This document shows positions 1-11,533 of a stretch of 28,852 nucleotides of DNA, in pieces (position 1 is the stretch's first letter; every line of letters starts with the position of its first letter). The position numbers and the translations under genes are program-made. This stretch comes from Chiloscyllium plagiosum (lineage: Eukaryota): assembly GCF_004010195.1 (NCBI RefSeq), contig NC_057751.1, forward strand, positions 18,321,325 to 18,350,176, written 5' to 3'. The notes beneath the pieces were generated by a model. It did not search any database and was not told the DNA's origin. It worked only from the letters and a program-made list of their open reading frames with translations.

Positions 1-1220
1 AATCAGCATGGCTATGTGAGGGGCAAGTCATGCCTCACAGATGTTGTTGAGTTCTTTGAAGAGGTGTCAAGACTGGTAGACGACGGACGACTGGTAGACG
101 ACGGACGAGCAGTGGATGTGGTGTAAATGGAATTAGCAAGACATTTGATAGGGTTCCCCATGGTAGACTCATTCATAAAGCCAGGAAGCATGGGTTACAG
201 GGAAATTTGGCGAACTGGATTCAGAATTGGGTGGCTGACAGAAGGCAGAGAGTGGCTCTAGATGGAAAGTATACTGCCTGGAAGACAGTGATCAGTGGGG
301 TTCCGCACTCGGCGCTTTGCAGTTTTTATAAATGACTTGGATGAGGAAGTTGAGGGGTGGGTTAGTAAATTTGCACATGACAAAGGTTCGAGGTGTTGTC
401 GATAGTATAGAGGGCTACTACAGGCTGCAGCACGACATAGACAGGATGCAGAGCTGTGCTGAGAAATGGCAGATGGACTTCAACCTGGCTAAATGCGAAG
501 TGATGCATTTTGGAAGGTCGAACTCGATTGCTGAATATAGGATTAAAGACAGGATTCTTGGCAGTGTGGAGGAACACAGGGATCTGGGTGTGCAAGTACA
601 TAGATCTCTCAAAGTTGCCACCCAAGTGGATAGGATTGTTAAGAAAGCATATAGTGTTTTGGCTTTCATTAAATGGGGTATAGAGTTTAATAGCCACGAC
701 GTTTTGCTGCAGCTCTACAAGTCCCTCATGAGATCACACTTAGAATATTGTGTCCAGTTCTGGCCGCCCTACTATAGGAAAGATACAGAGGCTTTGGAAA
801 GGGTGCAAAGAAGGTTTACCAAGATGCTGCCTGGAGTGGAGGGTTGCCTTAAGAAGAAAGTTTGAATAGGCTCAGACTTTTCTCTCGAGAGAGAGAAGGA
901 GGAAGAAAGGAGACCTGTTCGAGGAGTACAAAATAAAAGCCAGAGACCTTTCCCCAGGGCAGGATTGACTGGTACTAGGGGTCATAGTTTGAAGATATTA
1001 GGAGGAAGCTATAAAGGAGACATCAGAGGTAAGTTCTTTACGCAGAGAATTGTGAATGCACGGAATGAGTTGCCAGTTGAGGCGGTAGAAGCGAGGTCAT
1101 TGGGTAATTTAAGCGACTAATGGGCATGCACATGGATAGCAGTGAGTTGAGGGATTAAATCTTGGCACAACATCGTGGACCTAAGGGCCTGTTCTGTGCT
1201 GTACGTTTCTACGTTCTATT
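1..1220 (+). mobile_element. CR1-clade LINE (HER1-like), degenerate 3' half of ORF2 plus 3' tail
   Basis: NQHGYVRGKSCLT at the window start; ORF 332..865 has KWQMDFNLAKCEVMHFG, RDLGV, HLEYCVQFW and LERVQRRFTKM; ends in ggcacaacatcgtgg...gggcctgttctgtgctgta...ttcta. Confidence 0.95.
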
Positions 1221-1224
1221 CCGT

Positions 1225-1330
1225 GACCCTCGATACCCTTGACAATCAAGTATGTATCTATCTCCGTTTTAAATATCCTCAATGACTTGGCCTCCACAGC
1301 ATCCTGTGCCACTGAATTCCATAAATCACA
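1225..1330 (-). mobile_element. Short CR1 3' fragment
   Basis: tatctatctccgttttaaatat...ttggcctccacagc...gaattcca resembles the reverse complement of the CR1 ORF2 C-terminal region. Confidence 0.55.
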
Positions 1331-1739
1331 ATACGTTTTTAGATTTCCAACACGTCCTCTTCTGGAATGTGGACTCTCGTCAAGATTTCATCATTTGATT
1401 CCATAAGTTCCCTCACGTCCATTTTTCAGCTTCCATGTTCACAGCTGCCCCTGCGATGGCTCTCCCTAAATCACCATCACCCCATAACTTCAAGTCTCCA
1501 TGCTGTTCACATTGCCCGTTATGTTCCTTACTCTTATTCTCTGTGACCTCACCGAGTAATTGTTCAATCTTTCCAGTCCTAACCTCTCTGGCCGCCAATC
1601 TTCACGTCCATCTGAGCCATCCGGGATCTTGCTGTTTCTTTCGAAACATCATTCTGTCTGCACAACAGCATCAGGTCCGTCTCAACGTCAGTAGTACATG
1701 CATCTGTCTAAATATCCTTGTCTCTCCGTGTTCCATACT

Positions 1740-2015
1740 TCCTTATGTTTGTTTGTCTCTACATGTTTTGCAATTTTTCTCCCCTTTTTCCAACTCTTCT
1801 TTCCCTCTATGTTTCTCTCCATCAGTTGTCTCTAAATCTGTTTGGCCGGTATTGCTCCCGAGGTATTTGTTCCCGTGGTCTCCTTGACTTTGGTTCTCTG
1901 CTTTGTCGAAGCATTCTGTATCTCCTTCCTTGTTTCTGTGTTTCTCCCTCTTGTACCGTTGTGTATTTCTTTCTCTTTCCATCCCCCTTCTTTTCCCAGT
2001 TCCTTGCTCTCTCGG
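1740..2015. repeat. Pyrimidine (CT/T)-rich low-complexity tract
   Basis: Strong C/T bias visible in the sequence; explains the S/L/F-rich and R/E/K-rich ORFs here. Confidence 0.7.
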
Positions 2016-2164
2016 TGAATAAAACAATGTGTTTTTTTTTTAACTAAAGGTGAGGCAGATGATGCCTGGGAACTGGAAATGTATTCTGCATTACGTCTGC
2101 CAGTTAAGCTGGTACTGTGGCTCTGCACCCTCTCATTGTGTCCTCCATTATGTTTGATAGAATT

Positions 2165-3320
2165 TAGAAGTCACACAACACCAGAATATAGTCCTACATG
2201 TTTACTTGAAATCATAAGCTTTTGGAGGACCTCCCTTTCTTCAAGAGACGTGGAGAGAGGCATATAGGCACAGAACCTATAGCAGAGAGATTATGAGATC
2301 ATACGAATGATGCGAGGGCAATCTCGACAGGCTGAATATTAAGTCTGTGAAGGTAAACAAAAGTGCCATACGTTATGAGTGAAGTGTCAACAGCCAAATC
2401 ACAAGTGAAGGGATAACTTATAATACATTAACTTGAGGCGGAAAGAGAATTAAAAAAAACACAAAGTAAGGCGTTGCTGGAGACAAATCAAATGGCTGCA
2501 ATTGCACGATAGATATCAGAGTCGAATGCCAAGAGTCTAAGAAAGATAATCAAGTAATCTGAAACAGTGTAATCTAATTAACGTAGAGAGATCATAACAG
2601 ATTATCAAGGAAGGTGATGTTGTTGACAATGATCAGTAAGGAAAATATTATAGAAACAGAACAATATTAGGGGTTTGCATGTAGTGCAGCATGAACACAA
2701 GATCACAGTTGAGGCCGTGTTCATGTGCATGGAACTTGGCTGTTAGCTTCTGCTCGCTGATTCTGTGCTATTGTGTATCTCGAAAGGCACCTTTGAGGAC
2801 GTGTAGCCGCACATTTGATGAGGAATACTCTTGATTGCTGAAGTGTTCCCAACTGGGAGGGAACATTCCTGTCTTGCAAATGTTATGCGATATTCATTAA
2901 TCTGCTGTCGTTTTGTCCGCCTGGTTTCAACAATACCCAAGCCTCGGGATATCCTTGTTTGCAGCTTGAGGTAGACACCATTGACCGAGTCACATGAGCA
3001 TCTGCCGCGTATGTGGTGGATGGTGTTCCCACATGCGATGCTAGTACTCATGGTGACGAATTATGGAGGTCGTCTTGTTATCACCCAGAGATTTCTTTCC
3101 TGTCTGTTCCCTTTCACTAATTTTATTCTGTGTGGTGACTGGCAACTTGCCGTGCATGAAGGTGAAAAATTTTATAGCCAGTCTTTTTCTGCACTGACTC
3201 AGCATACAATCCAAAAACTGGTTGATGCGGTAGAGGTGGGAATGGCAGGGGAAGATTCTTTAAAGAATGGGGATGCAGATGAGCCTTTATACGTAGTTGC
3301 TGGTTTATGCAGCAACTAAT
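2165..3320 (-). mobile_element. Degenerate Penelope-like retroelement (GIY-YIG endonuclease region plus terminal repeat)
   Basis: ORF 2743..3051 HHIRGRCSCDSVNGVYL...ETRRTKRQQINEYR...SLPVG is a frameshifted GIY-YIG domain. 2165-2245 (gtcacacaacaccag...tatagtcc) resembles a shark PLE terminal repeat with an eroded hammerhead core. The element may extend to about 3900. Confidence 0.8.
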
Positions 3321-3949
3321 GATGGGCGTAGTTTCTGAAAGTAGGACATGGAACTGGACAGGTTAGAGCAATTAAACAGGGGCCATGGCCCGATTCATAA
3401 GTGCGAAATGGAGAGAATTGTTTGACAGAAGGTTGAATGTGAGGATAAGAGAGGCTTTGAGGAAGAGAGAGAAAGGTAAGGAGAGTGTAAGGAAGATAGT
3501 AGCACGGGACACAATACGGGGGATTGTGAGGGTACAGTCCAAAATCTAATTGAGTTGGCATTCCATTAATAGTACATTAGGTGAGGCGGTTCAGAGATAT
3601 CAGGCAGTGTGGGGGTGGGTGTTGAGAGCGCAGAATGAAATTGCACAAGAGGTGGCAACGAAACAGGGGTCGGTCACTTTCTTCATTCATGAATGGAGCT
3701 GGTCTATCAGAGAGTTGCCACGATGGGTAGGCAAGGTGCTGAAATAGAACAGTGAAGAGTCAAATAGGGAATTGACAACGAGGGTATGAGATAGGTTAAG
3801 AGAAAGTGGCAATAGATCTATTTGGGAGGATGTGTGGAAACGGCAAAGGGGAGGAGAAATGGTATGAAGGGTAGAGTGCATCACACGAATTTTCATGAAA
3901 TGGGCATCCCATTAAGTGAGCGTTCTTAAAAGTGCGTTTTTTTTTCCTT

Positions 3950-4245
3950 TGTTCATTCAAAGGATAGGGCATCATTGGCGAGCTTGCAGTTATTGTCTAT
4001 CCTTAATTCGCAGCGGGGCAGTTAACAGTCAACTGCATTCTTGTGGGTTTGGATTCAAATGCAGACCAGACATAGTTGGCATTAATTAATAATGGAGGCT
4101 TATCTTCAACAATCGATAATGATTCGTGGTCAACATTACACTCGCATTTCCATCCACAATAGCGAGATTCGAACCCAGGCCCCAGATCACTATCTACACT
4201 GCTTGGTTAACAGTCCACTGATAATATCATAAGGCCATCGTCTCT
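3950..4245 (-). mobile_element. tRNA-derived SINE (SacSINE1/DeuSINE-like), degenerate
   Basis: Minus strand starts gagacgatggccttatgatattatc (A box) ... gggttcgaatctc (B box) and ends in a tail resembling ggatgggcaataaatgctggc...ccc..tgaatgaa. Family name is from recall. Confidence 0.7.
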
Positions 4246-5751
4246 GCTGAGCGAGACCTGCTTTCTCTGTGATTTCTCTGCCTACCTTTCTACCTGTCTG
4301 ATTCTTTATGTTTTCATTCATTGTGTGTGGCTTTCTCTCTGTCTATCTGTCGTTTTGTTTCCCTAGGCTTTCTGTCCCTCTATGTTAACTCTTTTGCTAC
4401 GAGTCGCTCTGGTCTGTCGCCCCCACCTCCAAAACTGGAGTAGATTTGGCATCAGTAGTACTCGATGTATAGGTGGTTAGTGCAGTGGGCTCATCCTGAC
4501 CCATATCTCTGCCGTTTTCTCCAACCTGGACGGGTTGGAGTGGGGCAGGTAAAGCATGTTTCTTATTGATGGGTACGAAAGGGATGCCTATTTGTTGGGC
4601 ACTTGCTATGCGTTAAGGCAGTCAGAAAAATGGTCAGTTCATCTCTACGCATCCTGACTGACTATGTCATCAAGCACGTGAGCTGGCACTCAGTGAGCTG
4701 GAATAGTGTTATTTTATAGATACTGAAGGGAATTTGCATATCATAGGTATGCAAGGGAGTTACTACAGAGAGGGCAGTTAGGGAGCAATTAGATAGCATT
4801 GGAGGTAGACGTTTCTGAGGGAAGCAAAACTTGGAGAATGGTGCAACATATGAATTTAGTTTGTCTGCTGTTTTTGTGACCTTTTATAAATTACCCAAAA
4901 TCTGATTGTCAGGAACATAGATTAATTTTGACCAATACATTTTCTTTACTTATCATTAAAAACTCTTTGTGGGATCGGTGTGGACTTCTTGGGTTAAATG
5001 GCATGTTTCCACACTGTTGGGAATCTAATATAATCCAAACAGAATCTTGTAGATTTTGTCCCCCCTTTCCATGCTTGTTTACATTTATAGTGTTTATCAG
5101 AAAGTAATCAAATCCCTGGTCCTCCTTTGCTGAATTCTCGACTTCTTCCAATTGTGGGCTGTACAAGTTTCCAGTTTGTCTGCCTTTTTTTTTAACCTAA
5201 TACATTGTGACCAATCGTTTGGCACTTGTTTTCTTCGCATTCGTGCTCCAGACTGGAAGAAACCATTCCGTTGTTCAGTTGTTCATTCTTGAAAGTTTTT
5301 CAATGTCTATCAAATGTCATTCCTTTCGGCAAAATTTGCCAACCCATCACAGCCAACTCACGCCTCCAACATTGCAGTTTGTCTACTTTAGTTTCAGGAT
5401 GTTAGTGGTAGAATCAACTGTCTCATTCTCCTTCAGTGCTGAAGAATTTCATTATATTCTGATATACTCGAGGCAATTCTCGTAACTATATTTCCAATTA
5501 TTCCTTTCTTGTTGAGTAAAACAATAGCTAGGACGTCCTGTTCTCCACTTGCTTCTCAATCTACGCCTCTCGTAAATCATCCGAGAGTGCAAACACTAGA
5601 AATCCCTCCTGTACAATATTGTGATTAATTTAATTCTCCCAAACTTTAAGCAAATTAAAGTCGACAGAATTGCAGATGCGCTTTTACTGCATGCATCTCT
5701 GCTTTGCTGTTTAACACCTACCCAACACAATCACTTCAGTTTGGAGGTTTC

Positions 5752-6693
5752 GAACACAGAACATAGAAAAATACAGTGCAGTACAAGCCCTTTGGTCCTC
5801 GATGTTGCGCCGATCCAATCCCACCTAACCTACACTCGCCCACTATCCTCCATATGCCTATCCAATGCCAGTTTAAATGCTCATAAAGAGGGTGAGTCCA
5901 CCACTGCTAATGGCAGGGCATTCCATGAACTCACGACTCGCTGAGTAAAGAATCTAAACCTAACATCTGTCCTATACATACCACCCCTTAATTTAAAGCT
6001 ATGCCCCCTCGTAATAGCGGACTCCATACGTGGAAAAAGGTTCTCATCTAAACTCCTAATCATCTTGTACACCTCTATCAATTCACCCCTAAACCTTTCT
6101 TTTCTCCAATGAAAACAGCCCCAAGTGCCTCAGCCTTTTCTCATACGATCTTCCTATCATACCAGGCAACATCCTGGTAAACCTCCTCTGCACCCGTTCC
6201 AGTGCCTGCACATCCTTCCTATAGTATGGCGACCAAAACTGCACACAATACTCCAGATGCGGCCGCACCAGAGTCTTATACAACTGCAACATGACCTCAG
6301 GGCTCCGGAACTCAATTCCTCTACCAATAAAAGCCAGTACGCCATATGCCTTCTTCACCGCACTATTTACCTGGGTGGCAACTTTCAAAGATTTGTGTAC
6401 ATGGACACCAAGATCTTTCTGCTCATCCACACTACCTGACACATCCTTCCTCACTGTCAACAACTCCACCGACTTTCGTATCATCCGCAAACTTGCTCAC
6501 CCAACCTTCTAGCCCCTCCTCCAGGTCATTTATAAAAATGACGAACAGCAATGGTCCCAAAACAGATCCTTGCGGAACACCGCTAGTAACTGCATTCCAA
6601 GATGAACCTTTATCATCAACTACTATCCTCTGTCTTCTTCCAGCCTGCCAATTCCTAATCCAAACCTCTAACTCACCCTCAATGCCATACCTC
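5752..6693 (-). mobile_element. Younger 5'-truncated CR1 LINE with internal deletion
   Basis: ORF 6089..6490 has KDLGVHVH, LVRPHLEYCVQFWSP and LERVQRRFTRMLPG; the KFADD motif near 6478-6493; tail ends in (TTCTATG)-like units at 5752-5770. Confidence 0.95.
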
Positions 6694-7101
6694 TATATGT
6701 CAACATTACTTATATTTTGAATTTGCTGTTTTTTGTTTATCAATTCTATCTGCATAGATTTTACCCTGCTCGAACTCAAATGTTTTACCAGGAATCCAGC
6801 TAAATTAGTAAATTTTGCCTGTTCTTTCTAAATACTGAATAATCTTAGGTGGTCTGTTCCCATCACTGATCAGCTTGCCACCATATCTCGATAATTCCAA
6901 CTGTCATATCTGTTTTTTTTTTTCTGAATTATTCGTTAAACTACTTTATTTCGAATGTCCCATGCGTTCAGGCGCAAATTCTTAAGGCGAGTTTTGCTTG
7001 TTTTTTTGTTTGTGTGTTCGATGTGGTGCCTCGATTCCTTTGCCTTTCGTTGCCCGATTCCTCCTTCTGATCTTCGTGTACGACTTGTCATTCTCTGACT
7101 C

Positions 7102-7918
7102 ATAGAACATATAACATAGAACATTTAACAATACAGCACAGAACAGGCCCTTTGGCCCACGATGTTGTCCTAGCTTAAGCACCTATCCATGTACCTATCC
7201 AGTTGGCACTTAAAGGTCACCAATGATTCTGACTCTGCTACTCCCACAGGCAGTGCATTCCATGCCCCCACCACTCTCTGAGTAAAGAACCTACCCCTGA
7301 CATCCCCCCATACCTTCCACCCTTCACCTTAAATTTATGTCCCCTTATAACACTCTGTTGTACCCGGGAAAAAGGTCTCTGACTGTCTACTCCATCTATT
7401 CCCCTGATCATCTTATAAACCTCTATCAAGTCACCCACATCCTTCGCCGTTCCAATGAGAAAAGGCCTAGCACTCTCAACCGATCCTCGTATGATCTATT
7501 CTCCATTCCAGGCAACATCCTGGTAAATCTCCTCTGCACCCTCTACAAAGCTTTCACATCCTTCCTAAAATGAGGCGACCAGAAATGCACACAGTACTCC
7601 AAATGTGGCCTTACCAAGGTCCTGTACAGCTGCAACATCACCTCACGACTCTTGAATTCCATCCCTCTGCTAATGAACGCTAATACAACATAGGCCTTCT
7701 TACAAGCTCTATCCACCTGAGTGGCAACTTTCAAAGAGCTATGAACATAGACCCCAAGATCCCTCTGCTCCTGCACCTTACTAAGAACCCTACAGTTAAC
7801 CCTGTATTCCACATTCTTATTTGTCCTTCCAAAATGGACAACCTCAGGGTTGAACTCCATCTGCCACTCCTCAGCCCAGCTCTGCATCAAATCTAAGTCC
7901 CTTTGCAGACGAATACAG
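7102..7918 (-). mobile_element. Younger 5'-truncated CR1 LINE
   Basis: ORF 7543..7974 has WAEEWQMEFN, RDLGVYVH and LVRPHLEYCVHFWSP; (CATAGAA)n tail at 7101-7122; flanked by CTGACTC at 7095-7101 and 7919-7925 (candidate TSD). Confidence 0.95.
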
Positions 7919-8399
7919 CTGACTCCTTGAAGTTGGTCCCCTTGCCGTTCCAATTTAGTTGAGACTCTCCCCAATTACTGGCAAACGCATTCCATCAGGC
8001 ATCAGTACTATCCTGCCATTTTGTAACGTGTAAAAAATCCCTATGATCAAGATTTCACACCTCGACTTTGGATACCCTTTGCTCATCCGATTTCTTTACC
8101 ACGTGATCAATCATATAACCTACTAATTCACCATTGACAAGCATGTCACATTGACAGTAATCCTGTTATCATTACCTTTATGACACTAGTTTTTTTTTAA
8201 ACTTGCTCCCTAAGTACCAATTTCCTAAACTTAAGACTCACAATTTTTGTTTTCACCTTTTTATGGTCCATTATGACAGGCTGCAGGTGAAGTGCTTTAG
8301 CGTGTGCTTTAACTTCGCTGTAATATCTCTGACATGAAAACCAGGGAGGTAACGTTCGAACTTAGATCTCGTATGTGACCACAGAAATGCCGATGCTTT

Positions 8400-9400
8400 T
8401 TCACCTGTTAGGCGTAGGCATCGCTGACTGCCCAGCATATTATTTCCTGTCCACAGATGCCCTTGAGAAATTGGTGGTCAGCTGCCATGTTAAACTACTG
8501 CGGATCATACATCCTACGTTGGGAGGGAATTCCATCATTTTCAGCAATTCCAGCAATATATTTCCCAAGTCAGGTGATTATTAATTTGGAGGGGTTTTAA
8601 GTAATCATGGGATTAGAACGTGATGTCTCAGGATCTGTGGTGAATTTCTGCGTCGCATTTTGCACAGAGTAAGTACTGCAACTGCTGTTTGACAATTATG
8701 GAGGCTGTCAATATATGTGAATAATGTGCCAATCCATCAGGATGCTTCGGGCTGGATGGTATCAAGCTTTGTGAGTGTTGTTGGTGTGCACTAACAAAGG
8801 TAAGTGGAGAGTATTCCATTACATTCCTGACTTGTGCTTGTCAGTGACGGACAATCTTCATAGAATCAGCAGGTGAGTTGCTTGCTGCAGTATTCCTCGT
8901 CTCTTGTAGACACTGCGTTTATGTAATGTTTGTACTTGAGTTTCTGGTTAATGTTGACCACAAATGTTTATTGCGGGGGATTCAGTGATGGTACCATCAC
9001 TGATTTTATCGGAGTTAGTAATTACTTGTGATTTAAGTAGGACAAACGTTACTTGACAGTTGTCAGCCCAAGCCCAGATATTGATCCAAAGCTGTTGAAT
9101 TTGAGCAAGATGCACTTCAGTATTTTAGACGTCGTGCATGTTGCTGAACATTGTGCAATCTTCGAGAACGTGCCAGTTCTGACCTTATGACAGACAGAAT
9201 GTCTTTGCTGAAGCAATTGAAGATGGTTGGACCAAGGACACTACTCGAATGAACTTCTGCAGTGATGTCCTGCAGCGAAGAAAATTAAGATGCACGAACC
9301 AGCGGGGAATTTGCCTTCTAATACTCACAGATTTCTGTATTGATCAAGCTCTTTGATTGTGCAGAATTGCACTCAGTCTTTCATAATCTTTGCTGGTATT
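8400..9400 (-). mobile_element. Degenerate L2/CR1-like LINE (RT C-terminal part plus 3' tail)
   Basis: Minus strand gives AQVRNVMEYSPL near 8805-8840 and a SVLGPTIF remnant of the [10 protein letters not shown] motif near 9220-9260; the tail near 8400-8480 resembles the tail of the SINE at 3950. Confidence 0.75.
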
Positions 9401-9413
9401 CATTTCATCATGC

Positions 9414-9499
9414 CTGGATGCTGCCTGACCTGCTGCGCTTTTCCAGCAACACATTTTCAGCTCTGATCTCCAGCATCTGCAGACCTCACTTTCTCCTCC
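9414..9499 (+). mobile_element. 86-bp Penelope-like terminal-repeat insertion with a 15-bp TSD
   Basis: TTCATTTCATCATGC is duplicated at 9399-9413 and 9500-9514; the insert matches the reverse complement of about 20497-20577. Confidence 0.85.
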
Positions 9500-9574
9500 T
9501 TCATTTCATCATGCTACAATGCAAGGCATTAGGTGCAGGAAGCTCATTCACCTTTAGTTACATTAGTTGTGCGG

Positions 9575-10450
9575 GTAGAATCACAGAGCTACTACAGCTC
9601 AGAGGGAGGCCATTTCGAATTTTCAGCCTGCATCCAATGTTCAGAAGAGTATTGCTTTCCCGTGCCAGCATCTTGGCATTCCCAGAATTTGCAGTGCATA
9701 CCCATCCCAAAAGTAAAGTAAATGCACATTCTTCACCAGGGAAAACGATGTTTTACGATCACTTCTCCAGATTTGGTATCGGATTTTGTATTCTTTTGTG
9801 CATTTTATAATGCGTTCATCTACAAAGACAGATATGGCCAATGTGTTCAATATCAACACTAATTCCTCTTCTGCCATTATTAAGTCCCCAGTTCCACCTT
9901 TCATGGATGAATAATTCCTACCGCTACTGTCATCGGTTCTTTTGTTTCAAGTTTCAGATATAGGAACTTTTGCGATCTTGTTTCCTAAATATTTCTTTCC
10001 AGTATATATTTGCATTTACTTTCTGCACTCCTCTTCCTCGCATTTTTTTTTCAAATCGTCATTTGCTGCATTCAAAATATTTCCAACCTTATACTAGTCA
10101 GCTTCGCAGCATTGACCTCAGTTGTGTCATCCATGATGTGATCCTTAACTTCCATATTTAGTCACGGAGAGTACACCATTTACATTACACTGTGTGTGTT
10201 TATGAATGTTATGAAATATCTCCTTAACTTCCTGGTACTGTTTATTTACCAGCTAGTTTTGCGCTTTTTGTTTTTCTCATCTGCAGTAATCAACGCGATT
10301 AAAAAGCATTGGATTTCTTTAATCAGTTTCAGGCACCAGATTCCAACTGATCATGCTCACCCCCAAACGACGTATCATTTCATCATGTTATGATCACTCA
10401 TGAGAAGTTAACATTTTCTCATGTTTACTCATGCAGCCTTACACACTTGG
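9575..10450 (-). mobile_element. Highly degenerate CR1 remnants
   Basis: Tail-like agaatcacagag...ggaggccatt at 9578; GDLIMAEEELVLILNTLAISVFVDE resembles the CR1 EMAEELNxYFASVF motif; an SDHNM-like motif near 10380-10400. Confidence 0.55.
10241..10246 (-). terminator. Candidate polyadenylation signal AATAAA for the GPCR
   Basis: TTTATT on the + strand about 390 nt downstream of the stop codon; motif only, no transcript evidence. Confidence 0.3.
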
Positions 10451-10631
10451 AAAATTACGCAAAATCATAGCTCAGGAATCAGATACCAATATAAGGGATA
10501 AATTCCCATGTGGAATGGCCAGGAGATATAAGTTTGCTTGACATGTGTCAGTATATCAGATAGTATGCAATATTGATTGCAGCGAAAATTATTCAGAATA
10601 CATTTCTGGTGGGGCAATACTTCAATAAGTC

Positions 10632-11533
10632 TCAACGTTTAAGATATTTAACAATTTGAACAAACGGGTAGTTCATCATCTTCTTCAACTGCTCTCTGAA
10701 CTTTCGATGTATCACAACATAAATCACAGAGTTTGTGCAGCAACTGAGCATCTGAAGCATGTAGCCTAAATCCATTACAAAAATAGGCAGCGATTTTGAA
10801 TGATATCCCAAAAATACCATTCGTGAACTGATGGAAAACACCATTGATACTGACCATAACAATATGAAATTGCCTGAGACGAGAAACAACAAAATGATAG
10901 AATTCCTTCGATTATTTATCTCTGGGTCCCTGGCGCTTTTTCTATTGATCTGTTGGTGAAGTCGCCTGCGAACTTTGCTCGTCACGAAAATGTGTCTGAC
11001 CGTTAAAGCATTGAAAAATAGAATAAGAATAAAGGCAACTCCCGGAGTGAGAATGTAATGGAAGAACTCCATTGCCCCCCAGACGAGAGAAAACTTGAAA
11101 TGCATTTTCACCCAACAAAACCAGGGTCTGTTTTCCAGTCGATATCGACCATTATATACAAAATACCAAAACGTGTTTTTCAAAAAGCTCAATCCAGTCA
11201 CTGTGCCCAGAACCACTGCCGTTGTTTTCGTTTTGCAAAAGCTGGTTTTCAGACTTGAACAACAAATGGCAACAAATCGCTCGAAGGTGAAAGTGCTGGT
11301 GAACCAGACAGAACAGTCAGTGGCTGCGTAAAGTAGAATAGCATGGATATTACATACAGGGATGGCATGTAAAATGTGATATTGTTCCTTATAGACAAAT
11401 AGAATGTGTCGCAATATGAGGTCAACGATAATGACCAGGAGATCTGCCGTTGCCATGGCTATCAGGTAATGAGTAATACGTTTGCAGAGACCACTCTTTC
11501 CCCGGGACAGGATCGTGATTGTTGCGATGTTAG
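10632..11533 (-). CDS. gpr139-like: Exon 2 of the GPR139/GPR142-like class A GPCR (TM1 end to C-terminus); spliced product 402 aa
   Basis: Acceptor tgtttactttcctcacag|CT AAC ATC; G|CT restores Ala, giving GIP-A-NIATITILS (N1.50). Also present: LIAMATADLL (D2.50), PVCNIH (C3.25), FTFERFVAIC (E/DRY variant), ECL2 Cys in PWFCW, TM5 LTPGVAF, TM6 FILLW and TM7 CCTNSVIY followed by helix 8 FREQL. No internal stops; TGA at 10634-10632. Confidence 0.93.

Larger units (their letters stand above)
4860..8390 (-). mobile_element. Old CR1 LINE remnant (ORF1 end, ORF2 endonuclease region) interrupted by two younger CR1 copies
   Basis: LRLNAWDIRNKV near 6940-6985 resembles the APE N-terminal motif YLNARSIRNK; 7930-8020 resembles the CR1 ORF1/ORF2 junction; the host sequence reads through across both insertions. 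Confidence 0.6.

Noticed and set aside
332..865. RT-like ORFs as functional genes (also 6089..6490, 7543..7974, 18035..19248)
   Set aside because: All are truncated, frameshifted CR1 ORF2 pieces; no full-length autonomous element is present.
1435..2128. Cluster of overlapping ORFs
   Set aside because: Explained by low-complexity pyrimidine/purine strand bias.
2205..2245. Hammerhead in the first Penelope terminal repeat
   Set aside because: Core is mutated (TTGAAGA...AAAAGCTT) and stem II is disrupted; a relic only.
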